This document shows, piece by piece, positions 14,133 through 31,560 of a stretch of 64,000 bases of DNA; within the stretch, counting starts at the first letter, position 1; the number at the start of each line of letters is the position of its first letter. Origin of the DNA: Strigamia acuminata (Eukaryota). The DNA lies in assembly GCA_949358305.1 (NCBI GenBank), contig OX442314.1:248001-312000 (forward strand), in the 5' to 3' direction. The notes beneath the pieces are model-generated. The model saw nothing but the letters and a program-made list of their open reading frames with translations, was not told the DNA's origin and searched no databases. Made by a program: the position numbers and the translations under genes.

Positions 14133-16255
14133 TGCAACTCGTGTCGGGCCGGTCAACGTTTTTCCTTTATTTCCCCCCCCGCTCATTTAAAAAAAAGAAA
14201 AATTAGGATTCAATTTACCTTCTGCTGCTTGCTCGACATTTTAATACACGAGAGGAAGACGACTTTCAAACAACAAAAATTGATTAAAACTAATTTTCAT
14301 CAACAATTGTCCTTTTACTTGTCCTAAAAGCGACATTTGAATTAAATCTTGTTTAGTGCAATAAAACAATTGTGACATTGTGGATTTATTTGGATCGGTG
14401 CCACCAGAGGAGTCTTTCAGTGCCTCGTTTTGGTTTTCTCTCAGTGGTTTACTGTGGTGTGTTTGTAATGTCAACTAGAAAACAAAAAAGAAAGAAAAAA
14501 AAGAAAACATGTTTCTCAATATTGTTGTGCAAGCATGTGCTTAGTGATAACAGAAATGCTTGTAATGTACGTTTTATCAAATCGAGTTAACTCTTCCCGT
14601 CTCGTTCGGTTCTCTCCGAAATTTCGTTGTTTTTGGACATTTTTTTTCCCACTTTTTTTATAATAAATTTTTTTTTTGGTTTGTTATATTTATATTTGTA
14701 TATCTTATATAATTGGATGGTCGAACGAGGTTTGTTCACCTGAGATAAGGTAACTTTAGGGTTATTTTTGGTTTCCCGCGGTCGACGAGTCAAAAGTTGT
14801 ATAAAGAATTTACGAATTATGTCAAGTAAAGTTTTCTAAATATTAAGAAAAAAAATAAATGAAATAAAACATCGAACGTTTTTGTATGATTTGTTATTTT
14901 TCGATATTATCTTAATTGCTTTTTTTCATATCAATTTGACACTTTTTGATCGCATTAAGATTACGTTGCACCTACGATGAAGCAATCGCCATTAGTCAGG
15001 CAGGCGGAATGAATTACCGTTTCAAAATACACTATCGTTGTGCAATTCAATCGCTCTTGCCAATTTAAAATAAAAATAAAAGAATTAAAAGTCTTTTTTC
15101 ATCAATTATGCCATTATTGCGTCGATTTAAATTGAAAAATACGAAATATTAAATCATCTTAAATGCAAGTACTTGTCGATAGATGGAAATGACAATAACA
15201 GCGCTGCATCAAGCAATGCAGAAAAGCGTGCCAGATAGCATAAAATTATGCATAAATTGTTCTAACTCAGCATTTGAAAATCCATAAATTTGAAATTTGA
15301 CATTTTTTATTCAAATTTTTACGTTATTATTAAAAAATTGTTGAAAATCAAACAATAATTTTGTCAATTTTGTCAAATTTTGTCAATTTTGTCAATTTTG
15401 TCAATTTTGTCAATTTTGTAGACTTGTAGGTCATTAGTTTATTACACCATTGACGTAACTCGTATCTTTTAATTACTCCCTATAACTTGGTAACCAATAT
15501 TTCAATTGGTGATGTGATAAATTATTATTTTTCGTACTTTGTAATACGAGTGATATGAAATGGAAAAAAAATAATTGATCGATTTTTGCCATTCAATTTA
15601 ATAAATTAAAAATTTTGTCGTTCAAAAAAAGGTGAGAAATATTTTGTCCAGTGCAAATTTCTTCAGCGCCACACCTTATCTATCTCCAATTTTTATCACG
15701 AGTTGAGTGGCGTGATTTTGCACAATTGGCTAGTTTCTAAATTTAAAAAACTTATCAGAAATATCATTATTTAACTTCGAGAGATTCTATTGATGCTTAT
15801 CAATTTACATATCTATTCAAGATGTGATAATCGCTCAAACCAGAATTATCTACATTTTTCTTCTTCAAGAGTTCTATTCCCCCAACATAAAAAAAAAATT
15901 AAAAAAAAAATTAAAAAATATCGACTTTCAGCGCTTGTTTCTAAGCAGTAGCGACAAAATTACCGCCTTTACACCCAAACGAAATATTTGCAAAACAAAT
16001 CATTGAGCAACGATTTAATCTTGTCAAGATTCCACATTTGTCCACACTGGTCAGTGGTCATTATCAGTCGGTTCGATTCTGTGATTGGTCCGTTGTAGTT
16101 GGGTCAATCGCCGACAACCAATATCGCATCAACAACCGTGTGAAGAGCACGTGGTGGTGAAATCGGCGATAGGACGAGCGACAGTTGTCATACATTCAAG
16201 ATTGTGTGTAGCGAAGTGGCGGCCCAACGCCGTCACTTTAATTCCTAGTCGGTGA

Positions 16256-17705
16256 ATGGCGCTCGATTTCCTCGCCGGTTGTGTTGGAGGTAATTAATAC
16301 TCATTCTCATTCTCATTTCATTTTTAATTTACATTTATACATTTATTTGCTAGGATGTGCTGGTGTTTTGGTCGGTTATCCTTTCGACACAATCAAGGTA
16401 AGCGCTCAAGGTTGAAATTGAAAATTACAGGGAAAAAATGCGGAAATTGGTTTCAGGTTCGATTACAAACTCAGGATTCAAGATGTCCAAAATACAAGGG
16501 CATGCTGGATTGTTTTTCATATATTGTGAAAAAAGAGACAGTAAGATATACTTTATTTTTGTTTAATTTTACCATTACCAAGTTAGAGTTGCACTTAGGC
16601 CTAAGCTTAGTTACACGAACCGAAATATTATCAAATCTCGAGCCAAAAAAAAAAAATAGAAATAAAAATTCTTTCCAAAGAAAATGTTGCGAAAGATATT
16701 GAAATTCTGCGCCAGAAGGAATTTTAGCAAAATTTCTGCAGTATTTCTTCCTAAATTCCTTAACAACTAGAAGAAAAAAATGCAATTATCTGATAATTTT
16801 AAATAAATCATAGATAATGAGTGACAAGTGTTGGGCCCACTAACATATTGTGCTAATTGCCACAATCAGCTATCTATCACTAAGGACCTAAATCCTAATT
16901 TCACTAAATTTTTAAAATTTTTAAAATTTTGCTAAAATTTTAATAAAAAATGAAATTTGTGCCTTATCTCATTTAGGTATTCGGTTTATACAAGGGCATG
17001 ACCTCTCCACTAGCTGGAGTTGCAGTTATCAATGCCCTCATATTCGGCATCTATGGCAACGTGCAGAAATCCCTTCCTGACCCCAACTCTGCACCCAGCA
17101 TATTCCTCGCCGGAGCCACGGCCGGCATCATGCAGTCCGTAGTCTGCTGTCCCATGGAGCTCATCAAACTGCGCATGCAAATCCAAGAAGACAGCATGAA
17201 AAAAAGTGCCCTCTCGCCACGAAACGTGCACATGCAACGCTACAAGGGCCCCATGGACTGCTTTTCCAGAATCCGTGGCAACGAAGGCTTCCGCGGCCTC
17301 TTCCGCGGCCTCGGCATCACGGCTTTCCGCGAAGCGCCGGCTTTTGGTATTTATTTCTCCTGCTACGAAGGACTAGTCGCTTGCTTCCAGAAGCCGGACA
17401 AGAAACCTCTGGGCCCGGTGCCCATCATCCTCGCAGGAGGGCTCAGCGGCATCATGTCGTGGGTGGTCACCTACCCCATAGATGTCATCAAAACGAGGCT
17501 CCAAGCGGATGGCGATTGCGGACAAAGACAGTATAAGAACACTTGGGATTGCACCTTGAAGAGCTTCCACGCCGAAGGGATCGGAGTCTTCTCCAGAGGT
17601 TTGGCTTCGACCGTGGTCCGGGCTTTTCCGACCAACGCGGCAACTTTTGCTGCCGTTACTTGGACTATTCGGACTTGCAGTGCCAAGCCGGAGAAATCAA
17701 TGTGA
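16256..17705 (+). CDS. SLC25A29: Mitochondrial basic amino acid carrier (SLC25A29-like)
   Basis: MALDFLAGCVGG start and three PX[DE]XX[KR] carrier motifs (PFDTIK, PMELIK, PIDVIK); ends RAFPTNAATFAAV. Four exons. Confidence 0.85.
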
Positions 17706-18087
17706 ATCTCAATTCTCAATGTGGATGCTTGTTTGATGGGTCAGTGGGCAACAGGACTTTGAATAAATGCTCTTTCTTTTCATTCTTCTAATCAATTGAC
17801 AATCAATTGACAATTTTCTTTTCTTCTTCTGGAGAAATTATTGAACAAAAAACGAGCCAGAAATACAGCAATCTAATTAAATAAAGTAATTTTTAACAAA
17901 TGCAAAACTAGTTCCTTTTTATAGACAAGTTTTTAGGAACAAAAATGAAAGCTGTGCACCGTAGGACAAAAATATTATTGGTAATTAATATGTGATCTCG
18001 GGCCCCAGAGGCAAATTTCTGGTCTGAGGGAGGCAGGGGGCCCTTCTTGAAATTTTTTTTAAAATTTGCTACTAAAAAAAAAAATAG

Positions 18088-18351
18088 TTGCGTTCAATCT
18101 TAAATGGATTTCCAAAATCGTGATTTTCTTGATTTTCAGAAATGAAGGAAATTGGATTTCAATTTTGAACGACCTTAAAATTTGCCAAAATCCAACGATT
18201 GCACACGCGCAATTAAGTTAGAACCGTTGGATAACTTCCTGTTTGTACGTGGATCATGTAAATACAACTGGCCGTAAAAATCGTCATTTCCGATCTCCCG
18301 AAACCAAGAAAATCAGCGAAATCAGCGAAATCCATTTCAGATTGAACGCAC
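18088..18351. mobile_element. MITE-like element
   Basis: ~25-nt imperfect inverted termini tgcgttcaatcttaaatggatttc / gaaatccatttcagattgaacgca. Confidence 0.55.
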
Positions 18352-19228
18352 TTAATGTTTTTCAGCACAAAGGCACCTTACATGTTCTTGGTAATAAGTG
18401 ATGCGAATTGCCGTTCAGAGCATTTTTATTTTTCTCAATTCGACGGCTCGATATTAGGATTTCCAATCCTATTATTGCAAGAACAAATCTTTTATGTACA
18501 ATTCAGTGAAACAAAATACATAAACCTCGATCAACACTGGCCATTTAGTGGATTTTGGTAACAAATTTAGTTGCACTCCCTCTGTAAAGGTGTAACATTT
18601 ACAAATTATGAACCAAAATTAAAAAAAAAAAATTTATACATAATAATAATAAGCAAAACTAATTCGTATAATTAAATAACAAACGATTAATTTTCTTCCT
18701 CCTTTTTATGCAATAGAAAATTTCTCCCTTTAATCTTACACATGTTAACTATAAGAACAAGATATTAACATATACAGTATTGAAAATATTTTAACATGTG
18801 TAATAAATAGCTGTTTGTTTGTGTCATTGAAAAATAGCTTTTCATCGCCAGTAATCAAAATTTCTTTCGTTCATTCAACTTTGCATGACATTGAACTTTG
18901 TGATTTTTTTTTTCATTCTTTAAAAAAAAAATTAAATGAATTAATAACAAATTAAAAAAAAAATTTCTTAATTTTTTCTTCAACATAAAAAAATAAACAG
19001 AGGCAACGCAATTAAAAATGTGAGGCTAAAATTAGTGAAAAAAAGCATCCAGTCAATTGGACACGAACAATAACACGTAAAAACGGGTAAAAAGAAAAGA
19101 GAAATCAGTGATTTGCTGCTCCGGACACCGACAGCGCATCAAAGCACAAAAAATAAAAAGAAAAGAAAAAACGAATCTTTCTTTTATTTTACGTTACAAA
19201 TTCCGACCTTCTTGTGAATTCAAATCTC

Positions 19229-22606
<3,378 letters not shown>

Positions 22607-24604
22607 ATGGGTGCTCGTGTGTCGCGCACGGATTTCGAGTGGGTCGGCTCGGATGAACCGCACGCGTCCAGAAGGAAAGAAATATTAAGTAAGTCGAAAT
22701 AAATGGAGAAAAAATGTCGACGGACCTTTCACGTGTGTCCGGCGTGACATTTTCATCTTTGATTTTCAACATTTCCGACATTTCGAATGCGGGAAAAGCG
22801 AACGGGTCCAAAATTAAAAAAAAAAAAAAAAAAAAAATACCGACATGACGTCATAAATAATCGTCTCGGTATGTTTTTTCTCATTTTTTTCTCCCGTTAT
22901 GTAATCCCATAATTAAGGGGTGGCTTTAAGAAAGTCATAATTTCCTCGTTCTAATCCGGAGAAAGTGTCCATCCAGACTGACCCAATTTCCGGCAAATTA
23001 ACGCCCGGCCAGCGTGGAATATTTCTAGTGTGACGTTGTCATGGCGACGCTAAATATTTAATTTTTGTTTCAGAGAAATACCCCGAAATCAAGAAACTGA
23101 TGGGCCACGACCCGAATTTCAAGTGGATAGTGAGCGGGATGGTGCTAGCGCAACTAATAGCGATTTATCTAGTGAAAGAGGCGTCGTGGACGACCATTTT
23201 GATCGCGGGCTACTGCTTCGGCGGAGTGATCAATCATTCGCTGTCGTTGGCGGTCCACGAGATCGCGCACAATTTGGCGTTCGGTCACGGACGACCGCTC
23301 GCGAATCGTGTGTTTGGAATGTTCGCCAATTTGCCTCTTGGGATACCAATGTCGATTTCGTTCAAAAAGTATCATCTGGAGCACCATAGGGTAACAAAGT
23401 CGACATCTGTCATTCATTTAGTTTGAGGATAAAACGTGTTTTTTATTGTTGTTGTGACGATCACAATCGTTAACTATTTTTTTTCGAATATTTTTGTCGG
23501 TTAATCAACATTTTTCATATTTTTTAACGTCATTTTCAATTTGTATTTTCAATTTTCAATTTATTTTTTCAATTTTATATCAAATTTTCAATTTTTTTTT
23601 TGTCCAATTTTCAATTTATTTTGCATTTTTTTTTATTTTTCAATTTATTTTTGTCCATTTTTCAATTTTTTTTGCATATTTTGTCCATTTTTCAATTCAT
23701 TTTGCATATTTTGTCCATTTTTCAATTCATTTTGCATATTTTGTCCATTTTTCAATTCATTTTGCATATTTTGTCCATTTTTCAATTTATTTTGCATATT
23801 TTGTCCATTCTCTAATTTATTTTTGCAATTTTTTATCGATTTTTTAATTTATTTTCCAATTTTATTCGTTGCCAGTACCAAGGCGATGAAATCTGGGACA
23901 CCGACATCCCCACGTACATCGAAGCTAAATTATTCTGCACAACATTCACCAAGATATTATGGGTGATCCTTCAACCCTTTTTCTACACCTGTCGCCCGCT
24001 ACTCGTCTACCCCAAAGTGCCGAACAAACTCGAAATAATCAACCTAATCGTCCAACTCATATTCGACGCCATTCTATGCTATTTCTTTGGTAAAAACATC
24101 GGAAATAATTATCACAATTAACATTGATTTATATTGTATTTCTTCATAGGTTTTCGCGTGTTGGTTTACATGATCGGCGGCACGCTATTGGCCATGGGGC
24201 TCCACCCCGTAGCCGGACATTTTATATCCGAACATTACATGTTCAAGAAAGGCTACGAAACGTATTCGTACTACGGTCCGCTCAATTGGATCACATTTAA
24301 CGTCGGTTACCACATGGAACATCACGATTTCCCGTACGTTGCGGGCTCGAAATTACCGGAGGTGCGTGAATTAAATAATAAAAATAAATGGACGAAATGT
24401 GCAATTTATTGTTTTCAGGTGAAGCGAATCGCGAAGGAGTTTTACGAGGATCTTCCGCAGCACAACTCGTGGGTCAAAGTGATCTACGACTTTATTACCG
24501 ACCCGGAGATCGGACCGTACGCGAGGGTGCGACGGAAACACGCGGACCGCGCGACGCGCTCCACCAACGGCGTGAACGGAAATTGTCACCAACACCAAAA
24601 CTAA
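22607..24604 (+). CDS. DEGS1: Sphingolipid delta(4)-desaturase
   Basis: [12 protein letters not shown]...[11 protein letters not shown] start, His boxes HEIAH, HLEHH and HMEHH, and [21 protein letters not shown]. Co-orthologue of vertebrate DEGS1/DEGS2. Confidence 0.93.
23590..23830. repeat. Intronic minisatellite, 30-nt unit (ttttgcatattttgtccatttttcaattca)
   Basis: Tandem copies in DEGS intron 2. Confidence 0.9.
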
Positions 24605-25207
24605 CTTTTTTGTACTTAGAAACGAATATCGATGAATTTTGTAAATTATACTTATTTTTCTGTTACTAAATCTGTTAAGTTTGCTTCCTTATTTTCTTCA
24701 TTATTTAACCGAGAAAATAATTGCTTTAATTCATCTACTTCAACTTTCATATTTATTACTAATGAGACTCGTTCTTCCATCGCCAAGTGAGCAAACGATG
24801 AAATACTCTTGAAAAATTTGTATATTTATATATCCATGCTTGGTCAAGGAGCCGGCGATCGACAGAACACGATTCAAATTCGGAGTGAATAAAAAGAAAA
24901 TGAAATTTGTACATGAAAGGAATAAAAATCTCGTCATATTTATTATAGTTTGTTTTATTTTGGTCACAGACCAACATCTGTGTAACGTATTGTGTCGATA
25001 GAAAGACCGATATTTGAATTCTTCTTCCTCCACGTATAAATTGAGGAAGGAAATCACAGAATCATCGAAATTCCATTTCAAACTCAAAATTCAAGTTTGT
25101 TGCTCATTTGTAAAGAAACATTACATTTTTTGTTTACACGCACCTCTTAGGTTGTTCGGGTGTTTTATTAATGGTATTGTCGTTTGAATGCTAACAAAAT
25201 TCACCTT

Positions 25208-28200
25208 TCAATATCCATATTTATCGTTAAGCGTCGTTCTTCCATCTCCAGTTTGGTCTGAAAAAAGCAATCAATCACTCATCAGTTATTCCAACAAAAA
25301 CATTTGACATTTTAAACCCAATGAGACGTTTCAACTAAATTCGTAGTGCGCATGCCATTCTGCGCAGACGATTTTCTAATTCCACTTGTTATTTAGCAGT
25401 ATTAAGCTTATTATTAGGCCTAATAATGCTAAAATAAAGTAAATAAACAACAACAAACTCATTATTAAAAGTAATTTACACCTATGACCAAAATATTGTT
25501 GTTTATTTACTTTATTTTACCATTATTAGGCCTAGTAATAGGCTTAAAGGAGTTGCCACATAAAAAAAAATTTTTTTTTAAGTTGTTAAAAATGAATGTA
25601 TATTGTTTAATAAATGGTTTCCAACAAATATATGCTTCCAAATATTGTTAGTTTTATTAAAAATGCGAGTTAATAATGCGAAGCCACGCCCCCCTCGTAA
25701 AAAAACACCAAAACCGGAAATGACGTCATTGGCGGAACAGATTTCAATAGCTGCATCAGAAAAAACCAAAAAATTCGATATTGCAGCTAAAAAATGGAAA
25801 GGAATCGTATAATTTTTTGTGTGATTGATGAAGTGGGGCTTCTGTAATCTTCAGAAAATTTTATACTGTATAATAGAGTGATTTTAAAGTTTTTAAATAG
25901 ATTTTTAAAAAAAAAATTGACATTTTTTTTAAATTTGTTGGTTTTATAAATTTAATTTTCTTCAAATCAATCACAAAATGTACTTCCAAGTCTTAGCATT
26001 TGGTTTTATGTACATTTTTTCAACAATTGTGTGTTTTTATTTCTGTGTGACGTCATACTGACGTCATACTGATGTCATTCCAAACACTGTCATTGGTGGA
26101 TACCCCTTAAATGACGTCATCACCAGAATTTTGTTGTTTCCCTGCTTTTGAAGCAAGGCAGTGAAGCGCAAAGGGCAATCCCTTAAAATCAACGAAATTG
26201 TGGTAGTTATCAAATTTTTGACCGAAAATTTGATAACTACGTATAAAAATACATCATATAAAGTCCTGTTGTATTTTTCATGTCGCAACTCCTGCTAAAT
26301 AAGACTGGAATTAGAAAATCGTCTGCGCAGAATGGGCTGCGCACTACGAATTTCGAACCTTACGTTTATACAATAACAAATAATTTGCACAAAAACTGGT
26401 CGAATAAATTGCAACGTCTCTCTCACCAATTATATCTAGCGAGTACTTACTGTCAGGCGGCATCCAAAGTGCGTAATCGGGATTAGCAGCGTCGTAAACG
26501 TAATTCAGCTCAGACTTAAACTTTTTCCGCCGCGACTTCAATGAGAAATCAAATTTAATCCAAAACAAAACCAAAAACACTCAACAAAAATTCACCTTAT
26601 GTCTATTTGGTTTCGAACTCTCAACCACTTCCTCCTCAATTTTCCTCAACTTCTTCGAACAATCGACATCCGGACACTTCCGGTTCCGTCCAACTTCATT
26701 TTCATTCTTCTTTTCACTTTCCGTCGCAACCCCATCACATTCTTTAACCTCTTCGACCGGCTCGACATTTTCCGACTCAACATTTTCCGGCTCGACATTT
26801 TCCGTTTTATCCACCGGCGGGTTCACTTTTCGAATAACCGGAGCCTGAAATTTTAAGTTAGAAATTAAAAAATGTAAACATGGCGACAAATCACTCCCTT
26901 AACTGCCAATCGCGTCTTAATCCCGCGTCCTTTCATGGACCCAATCATGGGTAACGGTCTTTTCCACGCAGTCGTTTTATCTGTTGTGGATTCGGGTCTG
27001 TGAAAATAATCAGAAAATTAACAAATTTCGTTTCCGGTTTGAGCTTTTTCTTCTTTTTTACGCGAGTTCGGGTAAACTGGTGGGTTTTGCAATCTCGACG
27101 AGTTGCAGCAGTCGCAGTTGTTCTTTGCGCAGTTGCAACAAACGTAATTTCGAGGCAGCGCGGCTCGTCTTGTCGAGGTAATTGTCGCTGCTGATGGATG
27201 ACATGTAGGCGTCCAAACTGTCCCCGCTTTTCTCTCCCATTTTGTCTACGAACAAATCAAATTATTGTCTTATTTTTCCTTTAACTGTGTGCCTTGGTAC
27301 CTAAGTGTTGAGATGTTTGAATTGATGCGTCCAAATCGTCGATTTCTTTGCTGATTCCGTCCAATTTTGCTTTCTGAAATGGATGGAAATAGTAAATACA
27401 ATTCATTACAATCTTTATGTTCAAAAATCAATTTTTTCGAGTAAAAATCAATTTTTTTGAGTAAAAATCAATTTTTTTGAGTAAAAACCAATTTTTTTGA
27501 GTAAAAATCAATTTTTTTGAGAAAAAAATCAATTTTTTTGAGTAAAAATCAATTTTTTTGAGTAAAAATCAATTTTTTTGAGTAAAAATCAATTTTTTTG
27601 ATTAAAAATCAATTTTTTTTAGTAAAAATCAATTTTTTTGAGTAAAAACCAATTTTTTTGAATACAAAAATTCATCTTCTAGATGCAAAATATTTCTACT
27701 TCATTTCATACCAGAGTGTCATAAGTCTCCACGACAAATTTATCTTTTCCGGCTTTTTGAATCCTCTGTTGTCTCTTTTTTTCAATTGTGCCCGTCCGGT
27801 CGAGAAAAGTATCTTCGTCGCTATCATAGTAATCATTTTCCTCCCAATTTTTCAACTTCCGTTTCCGACTTTCTGCAAAAAAAAATGAAATAATAATAAT
27901 AATAAATCATCGTAATAATAATTCCACAAACCGTGATTAGCTTGGCGTAGCAATCCCTGGCGATCTAAAATGCGACACGCTTCGAGCGCACAAGCCGCCA
28001 CCGCTTCCTTTTTCCTCGCTTTAACGACAACTTCGGCCATCATAGGCTCGGAGTCGGCATTTTCTAAAGGCAATCTCCACAAATAAACATTATTTTAAAA
28101 AAAAATTAAATTAATCAATCTAATAATTAATTCCAACCTGATTTTGCAACAAAATTGACTGTATCCTCTTTCTTCCACTTGGTACTCCAAATCGTATCCC

Positions 28201-29851
28201 TCCCTCTCGAACCAGCCACGAAGGGTCTTCTTCGGATCGTCGATGTACAATTCCTCGTTCGGTGCAATCACGTTCAAAGCAAACGGATTCTCAGCGAGTT
28301 CCTCCTCTTCGTCTTCCACCGCATCCTCCGCTATAAACAGATAAAGAAAATTTTATATTTTTCATAAATTCGCACAAAAAATCAGTTTTTCTTAGCTAAA
28401 CAAGTAATTTTCTGCAATTTTTTTTAATAATTTAAATTGAATTTTCAAATATAAATTCATATGTTCAAAGAAAAATTGTGTTTTTGAGCACGGCAATGCA
28501 TTTTTCATCTAAAAATTGAAGTTTTGCACATTTTTGTGCATTTTTAACATTTAAATTCGTGTTTTCATCTGAAACATTGCATTTTTAGCAATTTTAGACC
28601 ATAAAAATCCATTTTTAGCCTAAAATTTGCTATTTTAGACCATAAAAATCCATTTTCAGCCTAAAATTCAATATTTTATACCATAAAAATCCATTTTTAG
28701 CCTAAAATTCAATATTTTAGACCATAAAAATCCATTTTTAGCCTAAAATTCACTATTTTAGATCATAAAAATCTATTTTCAGCCTAAAATTCAATATTTT
28801 AGACCATAAAAATCCATTTTTAGCCTAAAATTCACTATTTTAGATCATAAAAATTTATTTTCAGCCTAAAATTCAATATTTTAGACCATAAAAATCCATT
28901 TTTAGCCTAAAATTCACTATTTTAGACCATAAAAATCCATTTTTCTATAAAATAAATTCACAATAATTACATACCCATTCCCCAATCAATTCCCCCCTCT
29001 TTCTCCTCCTTATTCTTCTCCCCAGAATTCTCTTCCTCGTTTTCCAACCGTGCCAACTTCTCCTCCTGTTTCTTCCTCAACTCCTTCAATTCCGTCACCG
29101 TCAACTCCGATTCCGGCTCCTGATCCTCATCGGGCCCCTAAAAAAATCATTTTAAAAATAAAAACTAAAACAAAAAGCGACAGATTACTTGTAAAATAAA
29201 CATGCGCGTCGAACCACCGAATTTCAAATTAAAACCGACGTGCAGCTTATAATAAACGCGCGCCGTCAACGTCTGTTTATTGAGCGTCGTTCCGTGCGTG
29301 CTCTCCATGTCGTACAAATAAAAGCCGAGCGAGTGCTGCTCGTCTCCGACCGGTCGAAACTGAATGATCGCGTGGTACCTCGAAACCGACGGATGTCCCA
29401 GCACTATATCGCACGTATTCAGTCTTCCGACCACGTAAAACGGTTTCGTATTCAAATCGATCGTGTCGACGATCACTCCGTTTTTAATCACTTCGAGTTT
29501 GTACGGTTTTTCGGTGCGGCCGCTCCAACCGGGCTCTTTATAGGGAACCGAGGCGCTTTTTTCCTGTCCATTAATGGCGGGTGAATTCGAATCTTCGTTC
29601 AAAACCGGCCCGATTAATTTCTTGCATTTTTCGTCGTTCGTCGAGCTCGAGATGATTTCTTCGGCTGCTTTCTTGGTGACTTGCGACGCTTGTTTGCTCT
29701 GTGGTTTGATTAACAGAGGAATTTTGAATTCTGTATCCGTGTTTTCCGTGTTGGGTTCTTCATCTTGCTTGATTTCGGATTCGTTAATCTCTTCCTTCTT
29801 ACTTTCCGGCGATGTTTTGGAGTCAATAATGTCATCCGTAAGTTCAGACAT
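25208..29851 (-). CDS. SLC4A1AP: Kanadaptin (FHA and dsRBD-like domains)
   Basis: FHA ([29 protein letters not shown]), [22 protein letters not shown] and C-terminal [24 protein letters not shown]. Confidence 0.9.
25337..26353. mobile_element. Nested non-autonomous DNA elements in the last kanadaptin intron
   Basis: Outer ~60-nt inverted arms (aaattcgtagtgcgca...ctaattcca). Inside are a TTAA-bounded fold-back (25402-25547) and a TTAA-bounded, TGACGTCA-rich Kolobok-like element (25544-26110). Confidence 0.65.
27420..27660. repeat. Intronic minisatellite, ~20-nt unit (agtaaaaatcaatttttttg)
   Basis: Tandem copies in a kanadaptin intron. Confidence 0.9.
28590..28945. repeat. Intronic minisatellite, 41-nt unit
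   Basis: Tandem attttagaccataaaaatccatttttagcctaaaattcaat in a kanadaptin intron. Confidence 0.9.
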
Positions 29852-30030
29852 TTTTTCATAAAATCATGTTGTACTTGTGGACTCGTAGGTAACTTAGAAA
29901 TGGGGTTCGCCAGCAGAGGTTAGCGCCGTCTGGAGTTAAATAATGCAAATAAAAAGCTAAGCCTAAAACGCTTGGAGTTGGGTTAATTCGGGTTCACCAT
30001 TTTTATTTTGACGATTCGACCGCTAAAGAG

Positions 30031-30995
30031 ATGGTAATTTAATGGTTTTTTTTAAAGCGTTTTGTTGTTTGGGATTAATTAATTCGTTTTTATTTGAAGC
30101 CGAAGGTTAAAAAGCCCAAATTTGCGGCCATGAAGAAGATGATCAGCGTGCGCGATAATCGGATGTAAACGAAATTTCGTAAAAGTATTATTTCGCCTAA
30201 ATTTCATAAAATTCTATTTGTATTTTATTTTAGAAAGGACGAAAAAAGCTTGGTTCCGAAGAAGAAGAAAAAGGAAGATCCTCACGAAATAAAAGTTCGC
30301 GAATTGTAGGTTTTGCCAATTTAAAATGAATTTAAAATTGTAAATTAAAAATGTGAATTTCAGACCTCAGACGTCATCGGCCATGTTTTTCAAATACAAC
30401 ACGCAGCTCGGTCCACCATTCCACGTTCTAATCGACACAAATTTCATCAATTTCTCCGTTAAAAATAAATTGGACATCATCCAATCCATGATGGATTGTT
30501 TGTACGCAAAATGTAAATGAGAAATATTTCCTTTAGAAACGTAATTTTAATCTTGTAATTGTTTTGTAGGTATTCCGTACGTCACTGACTGCGTCATGGC
30601 CGAATTAGAGAAGTTGGGGAGCAAATACAGAGTCGCTTTAAAGTACGAAAGTGTAAAGAGGAAACAAGGAGAAATTAATTTGATTTTATTGAAATTTCTT
30701 TCAGGGTTGCGAAAGACCCGAGATTTGAGCGACTCGCGTGTCTTCACAAAGGAACTTACGCCGACGACTGTCTGGTGCAGAGGATAACTCAAGTAATATT
30801 AGTTGAATTTAATATGAATTTTTAATTTTTAATTTTTTTTGTTTGTTTTAGCATAAATGTTACATCGTGGCAACGTGCGATAAAGATTTAAAGCGAAGAA
30901 TTCGCAAAATCCCAGGTGTGCCCATTATGTTTTTGTCACAACATCGATATTCAATAGAAAGAATGCCAGATGCTTACGGAGCACCTCGCGATTAA
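30031..30995 (+). CDS. FCF1: rRNA-processing PIN nuclease FCF1/Utp24
   Basis: Spliced: [94 protein letters not shown]. Confidence 0.93.
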
Positions 30996-31399
30996 TAAAT
31001 GAAAATAAATATATATATTTTATAAAAAAAAAAGTCACACTTTTTACGGTAGTATGTACTGTATATATAGTAAAATACATGCTTGGTGGCTGATTTGCAG
31101 CGCCATCTGGTGGGAACAGGTGTTATTAACTAGCTGATCGCAATCAATAGGGCTAAAGAGATTCGCGCCTATAGTCAGTTTTATTTTTTCGGATTCATGC
31201 CTTTCTGGTTCGATCTACATTATTTTCCACAATTTTCTTTCCTTTTTCGATCGTATTTCTGCATGATTGTATGATGCATGACCAAGGAGCAGGAATCAGA
31301 TTGGATTTTGAGTGGACGGTTTGGTTTTAGCATGGTTTTAGCCATAATAGAATGTAAATAAAAAGAGCCGATAAAATTACATGTTTTTGATGATTGTCA

Positions 31400-31560
31400 A
31401 GTGATTTTATTGAATTTCAAATGATTTTATTGAATTTCAAATGATTTTAATGAATTTCAAATGATTTTAATGAATTTCAAATGATTTTATTAAATTTCAA
31501 ATGATTTTATTGAATTTCAAATGATTTTATTGAATTCCAAATGATTTTATTGAATTTCAA
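31400..31560. repeat. Minisatellite, 20-nt unit (atgattttattgaatttcaa)
   Basis: About 8 tandem copies between FCF1 and striatin. Confidence 0.9.
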
